A DNA stretch of 64,000 nt, from contig CM119372.1 in the NCBI GenBank assembly GCA_051294905.1, positions 27,096,001-27,160,000 of the forward strand. Direction: 5' to 3'. The DNA comes from Botryllus schlosseri. Taxonomy: Eukaryota. The first letter of the stretch is position 1; every line of letters starts with the position of its first letter. The notes below the pieces were generated by a model. The model was given only the letters and a program-made list of their open reading frames with translations. It searched no databases and was not told the origin of the DNA. The translations under genes and the position numbers were made by a program. Positions 51,701-63,466 of this stretch are shown here, one piece after another.

Positions 51701-54594
51701 TAGAACTATCTATTGTGAATGGTTGTTGTATAAGTATGTATGTATGTGTGTTCTGGTTTATTTTATTTGTTTATAGAAGAGCTGGAGTGACTGACTCTGA
51801 AAACCACACGGCTTGGCATCTCCAAATCTATATTGCCAATTTGTTTTGTTTTTTCTAGTGTCCTCGTCATAACGATTATAACCTAACTATCGGTCTTTAC
51901 AGATCGTAAATTTGGAGACAATTTTAGTGGTTCTTTGTGTGAAAGTTTCACAAGTTCTGCCACCAAACAAGATTCAGGGATTATGTGTACGGTATCTTCC
52001 AAGTATCAGGACTAATTGACAAAATACCAATAATGCGGTGACTTTAGTATTCTGCGAAGTTACAATGAAATGTCTGTCTTGGCTGTCCTAGTCTCGAGTC
52101 ATGCACAATGACTCGAGTACGAGTCGGGTCAATACACAAATTGACTCGATTCGAGTCATTTTACAAGCATTTTAAAAAATGACTGGAATCCTGTCACCAG
52201 AAATCACTACTCAAGTCCTGGTAATACTACTTACTATCCACTCTCTCTAGTACACAATCCCAAAGGGAAAGTTTCATTCGGAAAACTCACTCATTTAATA
52301 TTTGCATTTTCTGACCTTTTTAACCCTACTGTTTATCCAGACAAACGTACTGTGACGCCGACCAATCCAGTGTTGCGAGCCACTCCAAACTCTGTGTTAG
52401 ATGATGGACAAATAGAAAGAGTTGCTAAAAACATCCCGGTTCTTGATAATGAAACTCCAATCGATGTATTACGAGAAGTCCTCCAAACCGAATGCGACAC
52501 GTTGTTGGATGACATTGAGTACGTGCGGGTAAGACATTGCATGTTTATTTCTTAAGTTATGCTGATTTGAACGTTTGAGGTGTCTGTTTTTTTAGCTAGT
52601 CACAGACGCTAACTCAACAGAAGCGGAAAAAATTACCATGTCAAATTTTGCTTTCATTTATGTTGTCTGGGGTAGGCTGCGATTTGAGGTAACCGAAGTG
52701 TGATTGGGATGGTTCAATAAGTGGACACAAACAGTCTTTGATTTGAATTTGAAAAAATAAACAGGTGCCGGTTCAAATATAAGCCAGACTTGAATTGGTA
52801 AATTCCGTGAAAGGGCAAGGTCAGTGGTTCTCAAACTTTTCGGAGTCATCTCTATTCCCCACCGCAAGCTCCAGATATCTTTATCATCCCCCTAAAAGTT
52901 AGTGGTCATCAAAGTAAGGTAGGCTACTTCAAACTTTCTGTAGCAGTCAAGTAGGATTTATCAATTTGTTTCCTTTACTCAAGTAGTTATGTTTGTATAG
53001 TAGTCTAGTTCTACTTAGCGGAATGCTGAAATACTAATTTTTGCTCACCCTATTGTCCAGTTAAAAGTAGTTCTTGGATGCCCTTCAATGACACATTGCA
53101 ACGAACTTGAAAGAATTCATAAAAAAGCTGTAATGTGAAGCTATTTTTCCTGATTTGATCCTTTTCACCTCTCACGCGCTGGGATGAGTCAAGCATTGAG
53201 CAAGAAACCAACACAGTTAATCAAATATAATTGACTGAAGGTTCGAACATTCTAGCCCACTACCGTGCTTTTTCGCCTCCTGGGGTGCCAATATCACCCA
53301 CTATGGGAACCACTGCGCTAGATCATAGGATCATGGATTTGGACACGGCATTTCAAATAATTGAACTTGATTTAAATTTCATACTGCTAGCCAAAGATTT
53401 CAGAGTTCACTAGATAAGTGATCCAGCTTAGGCGTGGACCTCAGTGAATTCAGGAACTATATTTCTAATGTAAATTGTCACCAGTTACAACGGCTTCAAA
53501 AGCTATCTGTTGACCATTTTGAAATGGAAGAAAGTGATTAACTTGGTTTTAATCACCAGCTAGTTTTTTCGAGGAATATCGTAATCTGGATGGAAGTGAT
53601 GACATCTTTTTGGCCATCGACACTAAAGGGCCCACGCAATATATCTTAAAGCGGATATGTCCCTTTAGCAGGCCGTGCTCTCAACAGTTTGTTGCTTCTT
53701 CAACATGCTTCCGAACATGGTCCGCAGTTACCGCTGATTCTGATATTGCTTCTATTTTGATCGCAGAGATGCGTCGAAGAAGGACATTGCGATTTTCAAG
53801 AAATTCCTGAACCGTCGCTCATGGAGCTGAAACGAGAACGCAAAAAGCTTGAAAACCGTCTGATTCAAAGCATCGAAATGAGCCCAGTCATCAATCCCGG
53901 GAGCTCCTCTCACCAAAATCGCAAGAACCAACAACCGAGCAAGATCAGACCCACGACACCGGTTCCAAAAAGGAAAAATCTACCGCCAGTCCGGCCAACA
54001 TCCGCAATCCAGTATTCAGCATCCACAACGGAAGTAACTATCCCACGTAGCAAGCCCGTTAGTAACTCTACTGTAGAACCGTCCGTTTCTTTACTAGGAA
54101 GCAGAAGTAACACGGACCCGACTGGGAAGGGTATTAAAACATGTGAGAAAGAATTGAGGCGTCGTAACTCAGCCTCTGATATCCCACACAAAGAAAGTTG
54201 TTCAGAAATGTTACCGCACGGCAGTTCAGTATTAGGTAAGGAAATGTTACCAAGCAGGCAGTATAGCCGGATATTTTGCGGTACACCAGACAGTGGCGTG
54301 TCGTCTAGGCCTGTGAGTGAACTTGGTATGAGCGACACTGCGTACGAACAATCTGGTGTCACCAATAATAATGTAGACAAACTTGGTATTGAAAGCAAGC
54401 AATGCAGTGTTACTGCGGAATGCGAGTACGCTTCCAAAATCTCAGCGGACAGCGGGTTTTCCAATTCAGTGTTGAGTTATCAAGCAAAAAGCCCGCAGCC
54501 ACCGGTATGCCCGCGCCCTCCAGCGCAACCCAGAAGATCCGTGCATCGAACGAAATTTCATAAAATTAAAGTGCCCGGCACCGGAGATTTGTGA
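45760..54594 (+). CDS. CCDC24: Coiled-coil domain-containing protein 24-like
   Basis: Exons 45760-45900, 50024-50167, 51056-51143, (possible 51903-~51987), 52341-52528, 53767-54594, with GT-AG introns and compatible phases. Colinear with CCDC24 motifs: PPLCVWKVIE..IRSLLG..DLRKE, LPEPPKQREMLVAEIHLLLENLRDK, LREVLQTECDTLLDDIEYVRRCVEE, EPSLMELKRERKKLE, then a Ser/Pro-rich tail. Confidence 0.8.
46032..48152. mobile_element. Charlie-type hAT MITE hosting nested elements (ccdc24 intron)
   Basis: Ends CAAGGGTCTCCAAC / GTTTAGACCCCTG, TSD TCATAGAC/TCATAAAC. A second Charlie end at 46085 belongs to the same family as 1368. Confidence 0.75.
46335..47522. mobile_element. Foldback-type DNA transposon derivative with modular TIRs, telomere-like repeats and a PHD-finger remnant
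   Basis: TIRs 46335-46420 and 47421-47522 built from ~17-bp units (CTTGGTGAATTCGGCC), TSD GACTGAAG/GACTAAAG, CCCTAA-rich core. Minus-strand peptide MDLCVLRNNEAALKCDECSIWQHIACG starts at 47163. Confidence 0.8.
48353..49882 (+). mobile_element. Charlie/Buster-family hAT deletion derivative with decayed transposase
   Basis: TIR CAGGGGTTCTCAAC, perfect TSD ATCTATAG. Plus-strand remnants NEFALSDTNGNAMCHICRKSV (Zn-finger region), YFSLALDEATDSTDIT*L (first catalytic Asp) and a frameshifted KLTSVT..GAPA. Confidence 0.85.
50170..50642. mobile_element. Foldback/palindromic MITE directly after a ccdc24 donor site
   Basis: ~210-bp inverted arms (GCTGCACACCAAATTTGGCTCAATTCC / GGAATTGAGCCAAATTTGGTGTGCAGC). 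Confidence 0.82.
51171..51691. mobile_element. Degenerate Charlie-type MITE
   Basis: Ends CAGGCGGTCTCAAAC / CTTTGACATCCCT. Confidence 0.55.
52822..53315. mobile_element. Degenerate Charlie-type MITE
   Basis: Ends CAGTGGTTCTCA / TGGGAACCACTG. Confidence 0.6.
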
Positions 54595-56500
54595 TGCAGC
54601 ATCCTGTTGGCCACAGTTTCAAGCGACCGCGTTATATCGTTATATAGCGGTTTTCGGAATTATGTCAGCTTTTTCTGATAAGAGTGCGTGCTGGGTTGTT
54701 GAAATTGCAATGGGGTGTTCGTGGCTTCATTCTCGATTTGCTAAATTTTTAGTGCTCACAATGATATTTGTATTGTTACTGTTATGATAGATCTTGGCGG
54801 AATACACAAGTTACATTGCGTCATTTGTGATACTTTATTACTTTGACCACACTCCAGCTTTGTCGCAGACTCGTACCCCTTTTGGACTGCGCACTTCAAC
54901 ACACTCGGCTATGAATACTGTAAGTGTTGCTGAATGTGATTTTAACGATTGTTAGTGAATAAGTTAATGATTGGCCTATATTCAAATTTCGAAACAATTT
55001 CATATAGGCCTAGAAGTGTCAGTATTGCTGCGGTAGCTTATGGATGTGAAATTAGAAATTGATTGCTCATGGTAATTCTTTTGGCTTATAATTTACTTTT
55101 TGCCTTTTACGTCTTTCTGAAGCCCTACATTTGTTATGGCTTGCATGCAATTTCGTGTTTTTCTACTGAAACATATTGCGATTCACGGATGGGAGTGTGA
55201 AGTTGCCTTATTTTAATATGCTCCGGAAACATGACAAGATTTCGCTCTGTGATATGTCGCGCATGGTTATCATATGCATTTGTTGGCTGTTACTAAGTGA
55301 CAGCAAATATATAAGATTTGTAACAAATTGAGCTGCATGATTTGCTGCTGGGCTCGTCAACCCTTTCGGATGGTGGTGACGGTGCTTTTGATAGGTGGGA
55401 AATAGTCATTGTTGGTAGTCAAGTACTGTACAAGTCGTGGTAATCCAGTGGATTTCTACTCAGTTACTAGTCAAATACAGGCTGCACGTGACGACCCAAG
55501 GTAACTGGGGTTGAAAATACCTTGTTGGTTTCCCAAATCATCTACTTTAAAACTATGGCACAAACTGGGACACCTCCACGGTTCGAGACACAGCTCAAAC
55601 ATGGTTGGACTATGATAAATTTTCACCTTTTCCAAACCAGATCATAATTTTTTTTCCTGATTAGATCTAGTTTCTTTTTCCAAATTACAATACAATTGAA
55701 TTATTGCTACACGGTTTTTCCAATTTATGTAAGAATTACTGCATTTGCCAAAATTTTAGAATTGGATCACGTTCAGTTCGTATCAAATCAGAGCTCATTC
55801 TCATACCAAGAGAATGGCGAATGTGTGACTGTGTGTACGTACAGTCGTACACTCGTACAGCAAGCTTGGCTCGTTTCGCATCTTGCAGTTTTCCAACAGA
55901 TTTTTTAGAAACACCAGAAATTAGATTAGAATTAGATCAAAAATATTTCACATATTCAATTAGAATTAGTTTATCGGCATTCCGCTCAAATTAGTTTAAT
56001 TAGACAGTTAGAATTATCTAGTTGTCCAAGTCTGAGCTCAAGACTCTATTCGTACCAGATTTCAGCAAAACACTCGGGCTGTATTAGGTCTAGTTCTAGA
56101 AGCATCCCTACTCCGAGGCGAAATTATGGCTTGCTACCCTACCTCGTAATGTAGTCCCCTCGTAGATGTAATGCCTTTCTTTATTCAATCGATTTGTTGG
56201 ATATTAAAGACCAGTTATGCGGACACGTCCGGGGCACAACTGGAAGTATCGTAAAGTCGGTGAATGCGAGTCACCTTGGAGACCAAAGTGCAAACCCGGT
56301 TAAAATGAAAGATCTCGCAGGTCGCCATGACCCTTTTTTATCAAGCAAATTGGATGCCAGAAGCAGTCTTCCATAATTGAGATCAGAAATCCGTCCGTAG
56401 CTGCTTTCTCTGATGGTTGCTATACGGGTGGTAACTTTCATTGCCTTCAATAGCTTCGTTTGTCTCGGCGCTCCTAATTGTGGTGGGTCTGAAAAATTAG

Positions 56501-56936
56501 CAGGGTTGTAATGACTCGAGTCATGACGCGACTCGCGATTTGTTGGTGACTCGACTTGATAGGTCATATGACTCGAGAAATGTACGGAAAGGCCGATACT
56601 TCATTGTAATTTAGAAGAATAGTCAAGTTACCACACTACTGGTATTTCGTCTGTTAGTAGCCTAATGGTATTTGAAAATGAGACCAGAACTGCTAGAAGT
56701 GAGGAAACTTAGGATATTATGACTGCGAAGCATTCGATATAACAAAGCAGGGTTTTAAAAAGTGGGCTTAACAATACATTAACTTGAAACTGAACATTTA
56801 ACACAGTGACTTGGACTCGACCCTCTGCTCGCCGACTTAAATTTGACTCGGCGGTGAATTGAAAATGACTCGAGTCAAAACTATAAAAGTGAAATTGATT
56901 TGTGGCTCGTCACCTTGTGACTTGGTTACAACCCTG
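56501..56936. mobile_element. hAT-type MITE, GACTCGAGTC family
   Basis: TIR CAGGGTTGTAA, perfect TSD AAAATTAG. Confidence 0.9.
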
Positions 56937-58311
56937 AAAATTAGTCACTTCACATACACTTTATGAAATCAAAAACGAAATATGCATCGTGATAAAATAC
57001 AAAAAGAAATGTAACTGATTATATGAAGAAACGGAAATTACCCGAGACGGACATGTGACGCGCAGGCGATTCGTCTCATCTTCGTTGGAGATAGTTAAGA
57101 TTGAGTGGATGGATGGATATTACGTTCAAACAGCGAAGATGTGAATTTTGAACGGATCGCTCATGCTGCATGTGATCAAGAAAACAAACATGAATGTGCA
57201 TTGTGCATGTATGTGTGAAATTACATATAGAAACAGAAACATATGAGTCAGATCTGAGCTAAAATAGCAATTAATCAATCAATCATTGAGAAGACGAGTT
57301 AGGTGCAGCGGCGATAGATTTCGAAAGAACACTCGACATGGATGCTTTTTTCTTCAAAATATGTTCACATTTTAGACAAATATTTAATCTTGTCACATCA
57401 TTCATGCACGTCCTAATATTGATTATGGATATTAAGCATAAACTTGCCTATACAATCAGATAGTGGGGAATCTCAGCCACGCGAGTCATTCTTCATGTAG
57501 GCCTACTTGTTCATAGATATAACAACATGAAGTGGGCAATAACAAAATAATGACGTGATGTTGTCAATTGAGAATATGATTTATTGGTAATACAGATCAG
57601 TTCACAAGAACACAGTGCAGTTATTTAGTAGTTATTCCGCGCCTTCAAAAGTGGTAATCAGTTACTGCATGGGCAGACTTGCCCACAATTGCCCAACAAA
57701 ACGTAAGCCTATATACTGGAATACTGGCTGAAATATTATAAAATGGGAGAATTTTTAGGCATTCATGTAGCCTAATTGTAAAAATTGCTGACATTCAAGA
57801 CATAATCTAATTCTAGTCAAAATTCAATATTCAAATTACGATAGTCTAAACACAAAGTCTGTAGGCGGGTATACTCGGGGAATTACGATAATGCATGATT
57901 AAATCTTTCACATCAAATTGAAGAGGTACGAATGCATTGCGGAGACGGAGTATTTAGTTTGCCTTTTTTGCCCAAACGATACTAATTCGAATAGTCAGTA
58001 GTCTCAGCACTCCTAATTAAATTAATCACCACAGCTTACCCTTTCGAACACATGTGTTCTTTTCTGTACTGCGACAGAAGGGCAGAAAAGTCCTAGTAAT
58101 TGGTGGAATACGAGTGAAAATGCCCACAGCTGAAAAACGTACTGAATTGGAAAGGCACTCTGTCCCACAATAGCTGTCATCAGAGGATGCAACATTGGCA
58201 ACAAGGCTACAAAAAGTGATAACTTGTGATAATGGAACAAGAAAGTGATTTTAGCACGCGGAGGTACATCAAACTATCTTAAAAATACGCCACTGATCGA
58301 AGACCTTACAT

Positions 58312-59499
58312 CAGTGGTTCCCAACGTGGGCGGTATCGCCCCCAGGGGGTGATTTGGCGGTCTAGGGGGGCGATTATGGCGAAGGGGGCGATAGGGGGGC
58401 GAAAACGGAAGAAGGCGGCGATGGGGGGGCGAAAACAACAAAGGGAGCGATAGGGGGGCGATGGCGCGTTAAAACGACTATATTGGAGTCGGGACCGTAA
58501 CTACCGCACCCCAAATCCCCCAATTGGGAGTGGAGGGCCCGAAATCGAAGGAAGCCCAATTTATTTCGTGAATTAACATGAATGATAGAGTAATTTTTTA
58601 GAAATTCATGCGAATTTTTCAAAAGTTTTCGCGCTGCGCGCGATTTAATATTGTCATGTATCTTGATGTTGGAGTCCTCGTCACCCTACAAAAATACGCA
58701 TGATTTATGGAAATGGGAGACTTCGGCGTCGGCCATTACTGCGCCACGACGCACCAAGACATATGAAGTTAGAGGTCGTGTAACATGCGACTCCGAGAAG
58801 TGTGCCAGAACGATCAGCAGCGAGAAGACCTAGTCCAAAAGGAATGCCCTTGTGCTGACCGAAAACTTCGATATATATACAATATATGTTTACTTGTCCA
58901 TTGGCGCCTCAATGGCTGGCGTCGAATGTTCCTGTCCTGGCGACCTTAACCCTACAGGACAAATGCCATCCCGCAAGGAAAAAATTATTTGACAGTAAAG
59001 AAATACCAATATGAAATCATGTGCGTCTTTTAGTTTGGTACGTTTTGACGATTTCCATATCTTCTGACATAGCAGATATTGGAGATCACGAGATATTATC
59101 ATGTAAAGAAGTCAATATAACAACGATTCCGCCGAAGATGTTTAATTATTATTTAGGGGTCCTACCTTTTCCAACATACCACATCGACCATATTGACCGA
59201 TTCAAACATGAATTATATAAATTTGTCGCGCTTCGCGCGTTTAGGCGAAATACGGTGACTCAACAAACAGTACATGAAATAGGGTAGGACTATAGCTGAT
59301 ATGTAGCGACCAAAGGCCCACTGGCTAAGGGGGGTCAGGGGTTTGGTTTATCCCCATATGGGGCCAATGACCAACGTTTTTTTTTCGGGGGGGGGGGGGG
59401 TGACGAAGTGCTGTTTCTCGGTTCCCGATATTTGGGGGGCGATGATCGGTGTGGAGCTTCAAAAGGGGGCGATGAGTCGACAAAGGTTGGGAACCACTG
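58312..59499. mobile_element. Charlie-type hAT non-autonomous element with GGGGGCGA repeats
   Basis: TIR CAGTGGTTCCCAAC, TSD CCTTACAT/CCTCACAT. Confidence 0.88.
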
Positions 59500-59989
59500 C
59501 CTCACATGAATCAATTGGAAAAAGACCAACAACTAACATGAACAACTCCATGGTGGTAAACTCGTGTCAACTAAGAATTCACAACAGTCCGAAACAAGTC
59601 ATGAAACAGAAATCAACTTTGTTACTACCAGACCGAGATAATTATAGACTGTAACTATACGAACATAACACGAATGGTGCAATTACAAGAATCCAGAAAT
59701 AGATAAAACAGATATAGCCTGAACCAGTGGCGGCTCGTGACAATATCGGGTGGTGGGGCAAGGGGTGCATGCAATGTTAATCATATAAATGACGTCACAA
59801 TAGAGTATTCTGACGTGAAAATGTGACTTCGTGGTCGTCACACACTGTTTGTATGGTGTATAGATATTAGGCATGATTAACTAGGCTTACGCATTTCAAA
59901 TTTTAATAATATATTCATGACAGAAATATGTTAAAACTCGAAGCTTTTCCAGCTGACACTCTTCAAATTATTCGGAAGAAAATATGAAG

Positions 59990-62515
59990 TAGGGGAGATG
60001 TGGTACCGATGGATCAAAAATCGGAAAATAATCGCTGGCCCTGAAATGTTCAGCCGAAAACAGCAGATCTTTTGCTAGCTCAGCACTTTCATACAAGCTT
60101 TACCTATCGCGCACATATACATGAATATCCGTCTTTTCAAAAAATATTTATGGGCGTTCAAAATTTGTTGCTCGAACGTGTCATCGGTCCCCACCCGGTG
60201 GGTCCAATGACACACGACCCGGGGACCTATGACACATATACCCTAAAAAACTCAAATGTGACTACTTTTCTTGCTCAGTATTATAATCTAAGCTACAGCA
60301 AGCCAAAGAAGAATGTTTGGTCGCAACTGTCAAAAAATAGAATAAATATTAACTCAAATGTTGTCATAAAATCACGTTTCGATTTAGTCTCGGACTTATA
60401 AATTTGAGGGTACATACATATTGCCCGAAAATCGACAGTGTGACTTCCAAATACCTCGTTATAGCGATAAAACATCATATGCAATTATTACATAAAGATT
60501 TTCTGTACGTAGGCATGTTTCATTTGTTTCATGATTAGTATGCTTGATTATTTTGCTTGATTTGGCTATTGTATCATCGGTCCCCACCATACGAATTTTA
60601 TACATGAATCGAAAAAAAGTCCACTCAAGGAAAGTACTGAAAAAATGATAGGTGCCATTATATAGCCTGATACAAGCCCTACACTTCACAATATAAAAGA
60701 TTGCTGGTTTGTTCGTGTCGAAGGTTACAAAGAAAAATGTATATGTCGATCTAAATTTAGTTTAAACTAGGGTTACCATATTTTTGTGAAGCGAATTCCG
60801 GACACTCTTTAGCGCCCACTAGCGGATTTAAAAATGAGGTGACACATGAGGTGTCAAAATGAGGTGTCAATATGACGTCACACTAGCAAATCATTGCCCA
60901 TCGACTGTATACAGCAGTGGTAATGTTACGCGAAGGTCTTCGAGGTGGTATGCCAGTAGATTCTGTTTTTTTCGACCGAAGGGTGTTATTAGTTCAGGTG
61001 GGGTTGATTTTGAGTTTTTGAAGCCACCGTCGTTTGGGTAAGGTCGTCTCGTTGGTAGGGGCTATCCCGCCAATGACGGCCTACGGCGAAGAGATCTAGT
61101 CGTAAAGCATTGGGTTTCTTACCTAACCAAATTTCGTTTCAGTATCTTTGACCCCAAGAATTTCAAATGGACCCACTACAGAAATCATCTACTGCGCTTT
61201 AAAATGCACCTCAACACGGTGGAACCATTTTTACCGCATTCGGCGCGCTTATCTTATGTAGGTGGTACGCGAGCACTGCATAAAAACTCGAAATGGTACT
61301 TGGATAAAAAAAGGTTGGGAACCACGAACCACCGGTATACGAGGAATGGAGTGGAACATAGGTCATGAATTGGGCCAGGGCTCTGGTGATTGCTACTTGC
61401 TAGGGTCTGCAATAGATTTCTCCACGGTCCGGATGAAATTGTCTGGCGGGCCGTGTCTGGCCTTTCGGGATTGTGTTTGACAGCCCTGCTATACTGTTAG
61501 GTCGGTGCGGCTATCTGGTTATGTGTTTTAATCAGGTCCGAAATAACATTTTTTCTGCCCCCTTCCGCCGAAAAAAACAATGATCTTGGGCCCCACATAG
61601 GGTAATCGATGTAACTTCTTGGGCACTTACAATATGCATTTGGCTGGTAAATTTTTTGAATGACTTCTATCAATATCATTGATTATTCCATATATTAGTC
61701 TACTATAAAATGCACCAGCAGATTGCATATCCGGTGATTTCCAACTTTTTATGGTCGCGACCTCATTTCCAACTTCAAAATGTTCCGTGGCCCAGCTCCA
61801 AACTTGACAAGCCGATTATTAAAAACAAATCAGCTTGCCCAAACTTATGGCATAAGAAGCTGATTATACGTCCAACATCATCGTGATCCCCAGATAAAGG
61901 AAAACGACCTCAAGATTCGGAACCACTGTCTGTGACTGAAGCATCCATTCGGCCTTAACTAACCCACTCTAGTAATTTACCGTTAGCTTATAATTGCGAT
62001 TAACAATTAGACTTATTTAGGTATATGATGGTCATTTATATTTATTTTCATTGCTAATTTGCCGAGGGTGGTGCCTGGTGTCCATACTAAAAGCAATATA
62101 CGTTGCATGAACTAGCGCGCTGCGCGAAGAAAAAATTTTGAATAGCATAAATCTGCTTGAAAATAATATAGTTTATGTTGATTTACGAATAAATTTCAAG
62201 CCTACCTCAAGCCTTCAAAATTCCGGACATTTAGGCATATTTTAGAAATTTCTCCCGGACGCAGATTTTTCAGTGAAATTCCGGACATGTCCGGGAAATT
62301 CTGGACGTATGGCAACCCTAGTTTAAACCCCCTAAAACAAAAATCATCTGTGAGAGACCCCATTGCTCGCGCTCGTCGAATTTTTTTGTATGCGAGGAAA
62401 GATTCTGCCAACATGCAATTGTAGACAAGTTCACGGAGTGTAATCATGGTATTATCATAGAGCATTTTCAAAGTATTTTCGGTCACAGTGATCCATCGGT
62501 ACCACCTCTCCCCTA
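59990..62515. mobile_element. TA-flanked (pogo/Tc1-mariner-like) MITE interrupted by a hAT element
   Basis: TAGGGGAGATGTGGTACCGATGGATCA versus the reverse complement of TGATCCATCGGTACCACCTCTCCCCTA (1 mismatch in 27). Confidence 0.82.
60768..62320. mobile_element. hAT-Blackjack-type non-autonomous element with further nested fragments
   Basis: Ends TAGGGTTACCATA / TATGGCAACCCTA, perfect TSD GTTTAAAC, CCGGACA subterminal repeats. Nested Charlie-type piece at ~61732-61928. Confidence 0.88.
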
Positions 62516-63466
62516 CAGTAGTTCATACCTGCATATTTAACGTTTGTATCAGTAGGCGCATTGCGCGCGGCGTGATTTCATAGTTGCAAAATGTTCAATG
62601 ACGAATTCATTGAAATCTGGAATACCCATAACGACAGCGCTGAGAATCCTGAGCACATCTACTGTAACTCATCGAGCCTATATCTTTACACATCCCGTTT
62701 CTAAGAGAAGTCTCGATGCGCTTTGTGCTGAAACCACGCTTGGATTCTGCGGATGAAATCGGGGTGGTCAATATGATATTAAAAAAGCAATTTACTGCAG
62801 CAAAGTTGATAATAAGCGATTTTTCAACTATAGGAATTTTTAAAGTTCACCACTGGTTACTACTTCGCTCAAAAAAGTCACAGACCCCTGCACTTGAGTA
62901 AATAGTGGAAGTAGGCTACACGAAGTCAATTTGAGTACGGTACTTAAAAAAGCAGAAATAGGCTACCTTTGTGTCTGACTACCTCTGGAATCAAACAGAA
63001 AACCAAATCGGTAATTCAGAGCTAACATCAGTAGCTTCACAATACTCAGAAGAGTACGAAGAAATAATGAAACTATTTCAACTCTAGACAATGTTATTTT
63101 TCATGAGTAGCACATAAAGTACCCGCATGGAGATTTAATTCCACTAGTTCCTCTCTTGGCTATGAAAAATAGTTGAAGATTTTGTCAGAGCAATCGCTTG
63201 GTGTCTGCTTTCTAAAATTCTTTCAGGGTCCGTCATAGTCATTCAAGCTGTGCCCGTCGTTTTTCCTGAATGCAGCAGAAATGAGCCATGAGCCGTATAC
63301 TTACAACAATTGATCGCAGGTGCCCGCTTTATAAAGTGTCAGGTGAAAATTCAGAACCAACTAACAAAATGATCAATGACACTACAAATTAGGCCATTTT
63401 TTCCAGACGTTATGACGATGTCACTCATGAGCCTGATGGAAACATATCCCAAAACTAATTTTACAT

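Noticed and set aside
53910..54464. 184-aa minus-strand ORF
   Set aside because: Antisense shadow of the ccdc24 terminal exon.
61040..61085. Structured RNA or ribozyme (hairpin GTCGTCTCGTTGGTAGGGGCTATCCCGCCAATGACGGC)
   Set aside because: No hammerhead or HDV core could be assembled by eye, and it lies inside a transposon.
62550..62630. hAT C-terminal-like peptide on the minus strand (DFNEFVIEHFATMKSRRA)
   Set aside because: Too short and frameshifted to support without an HMM search.
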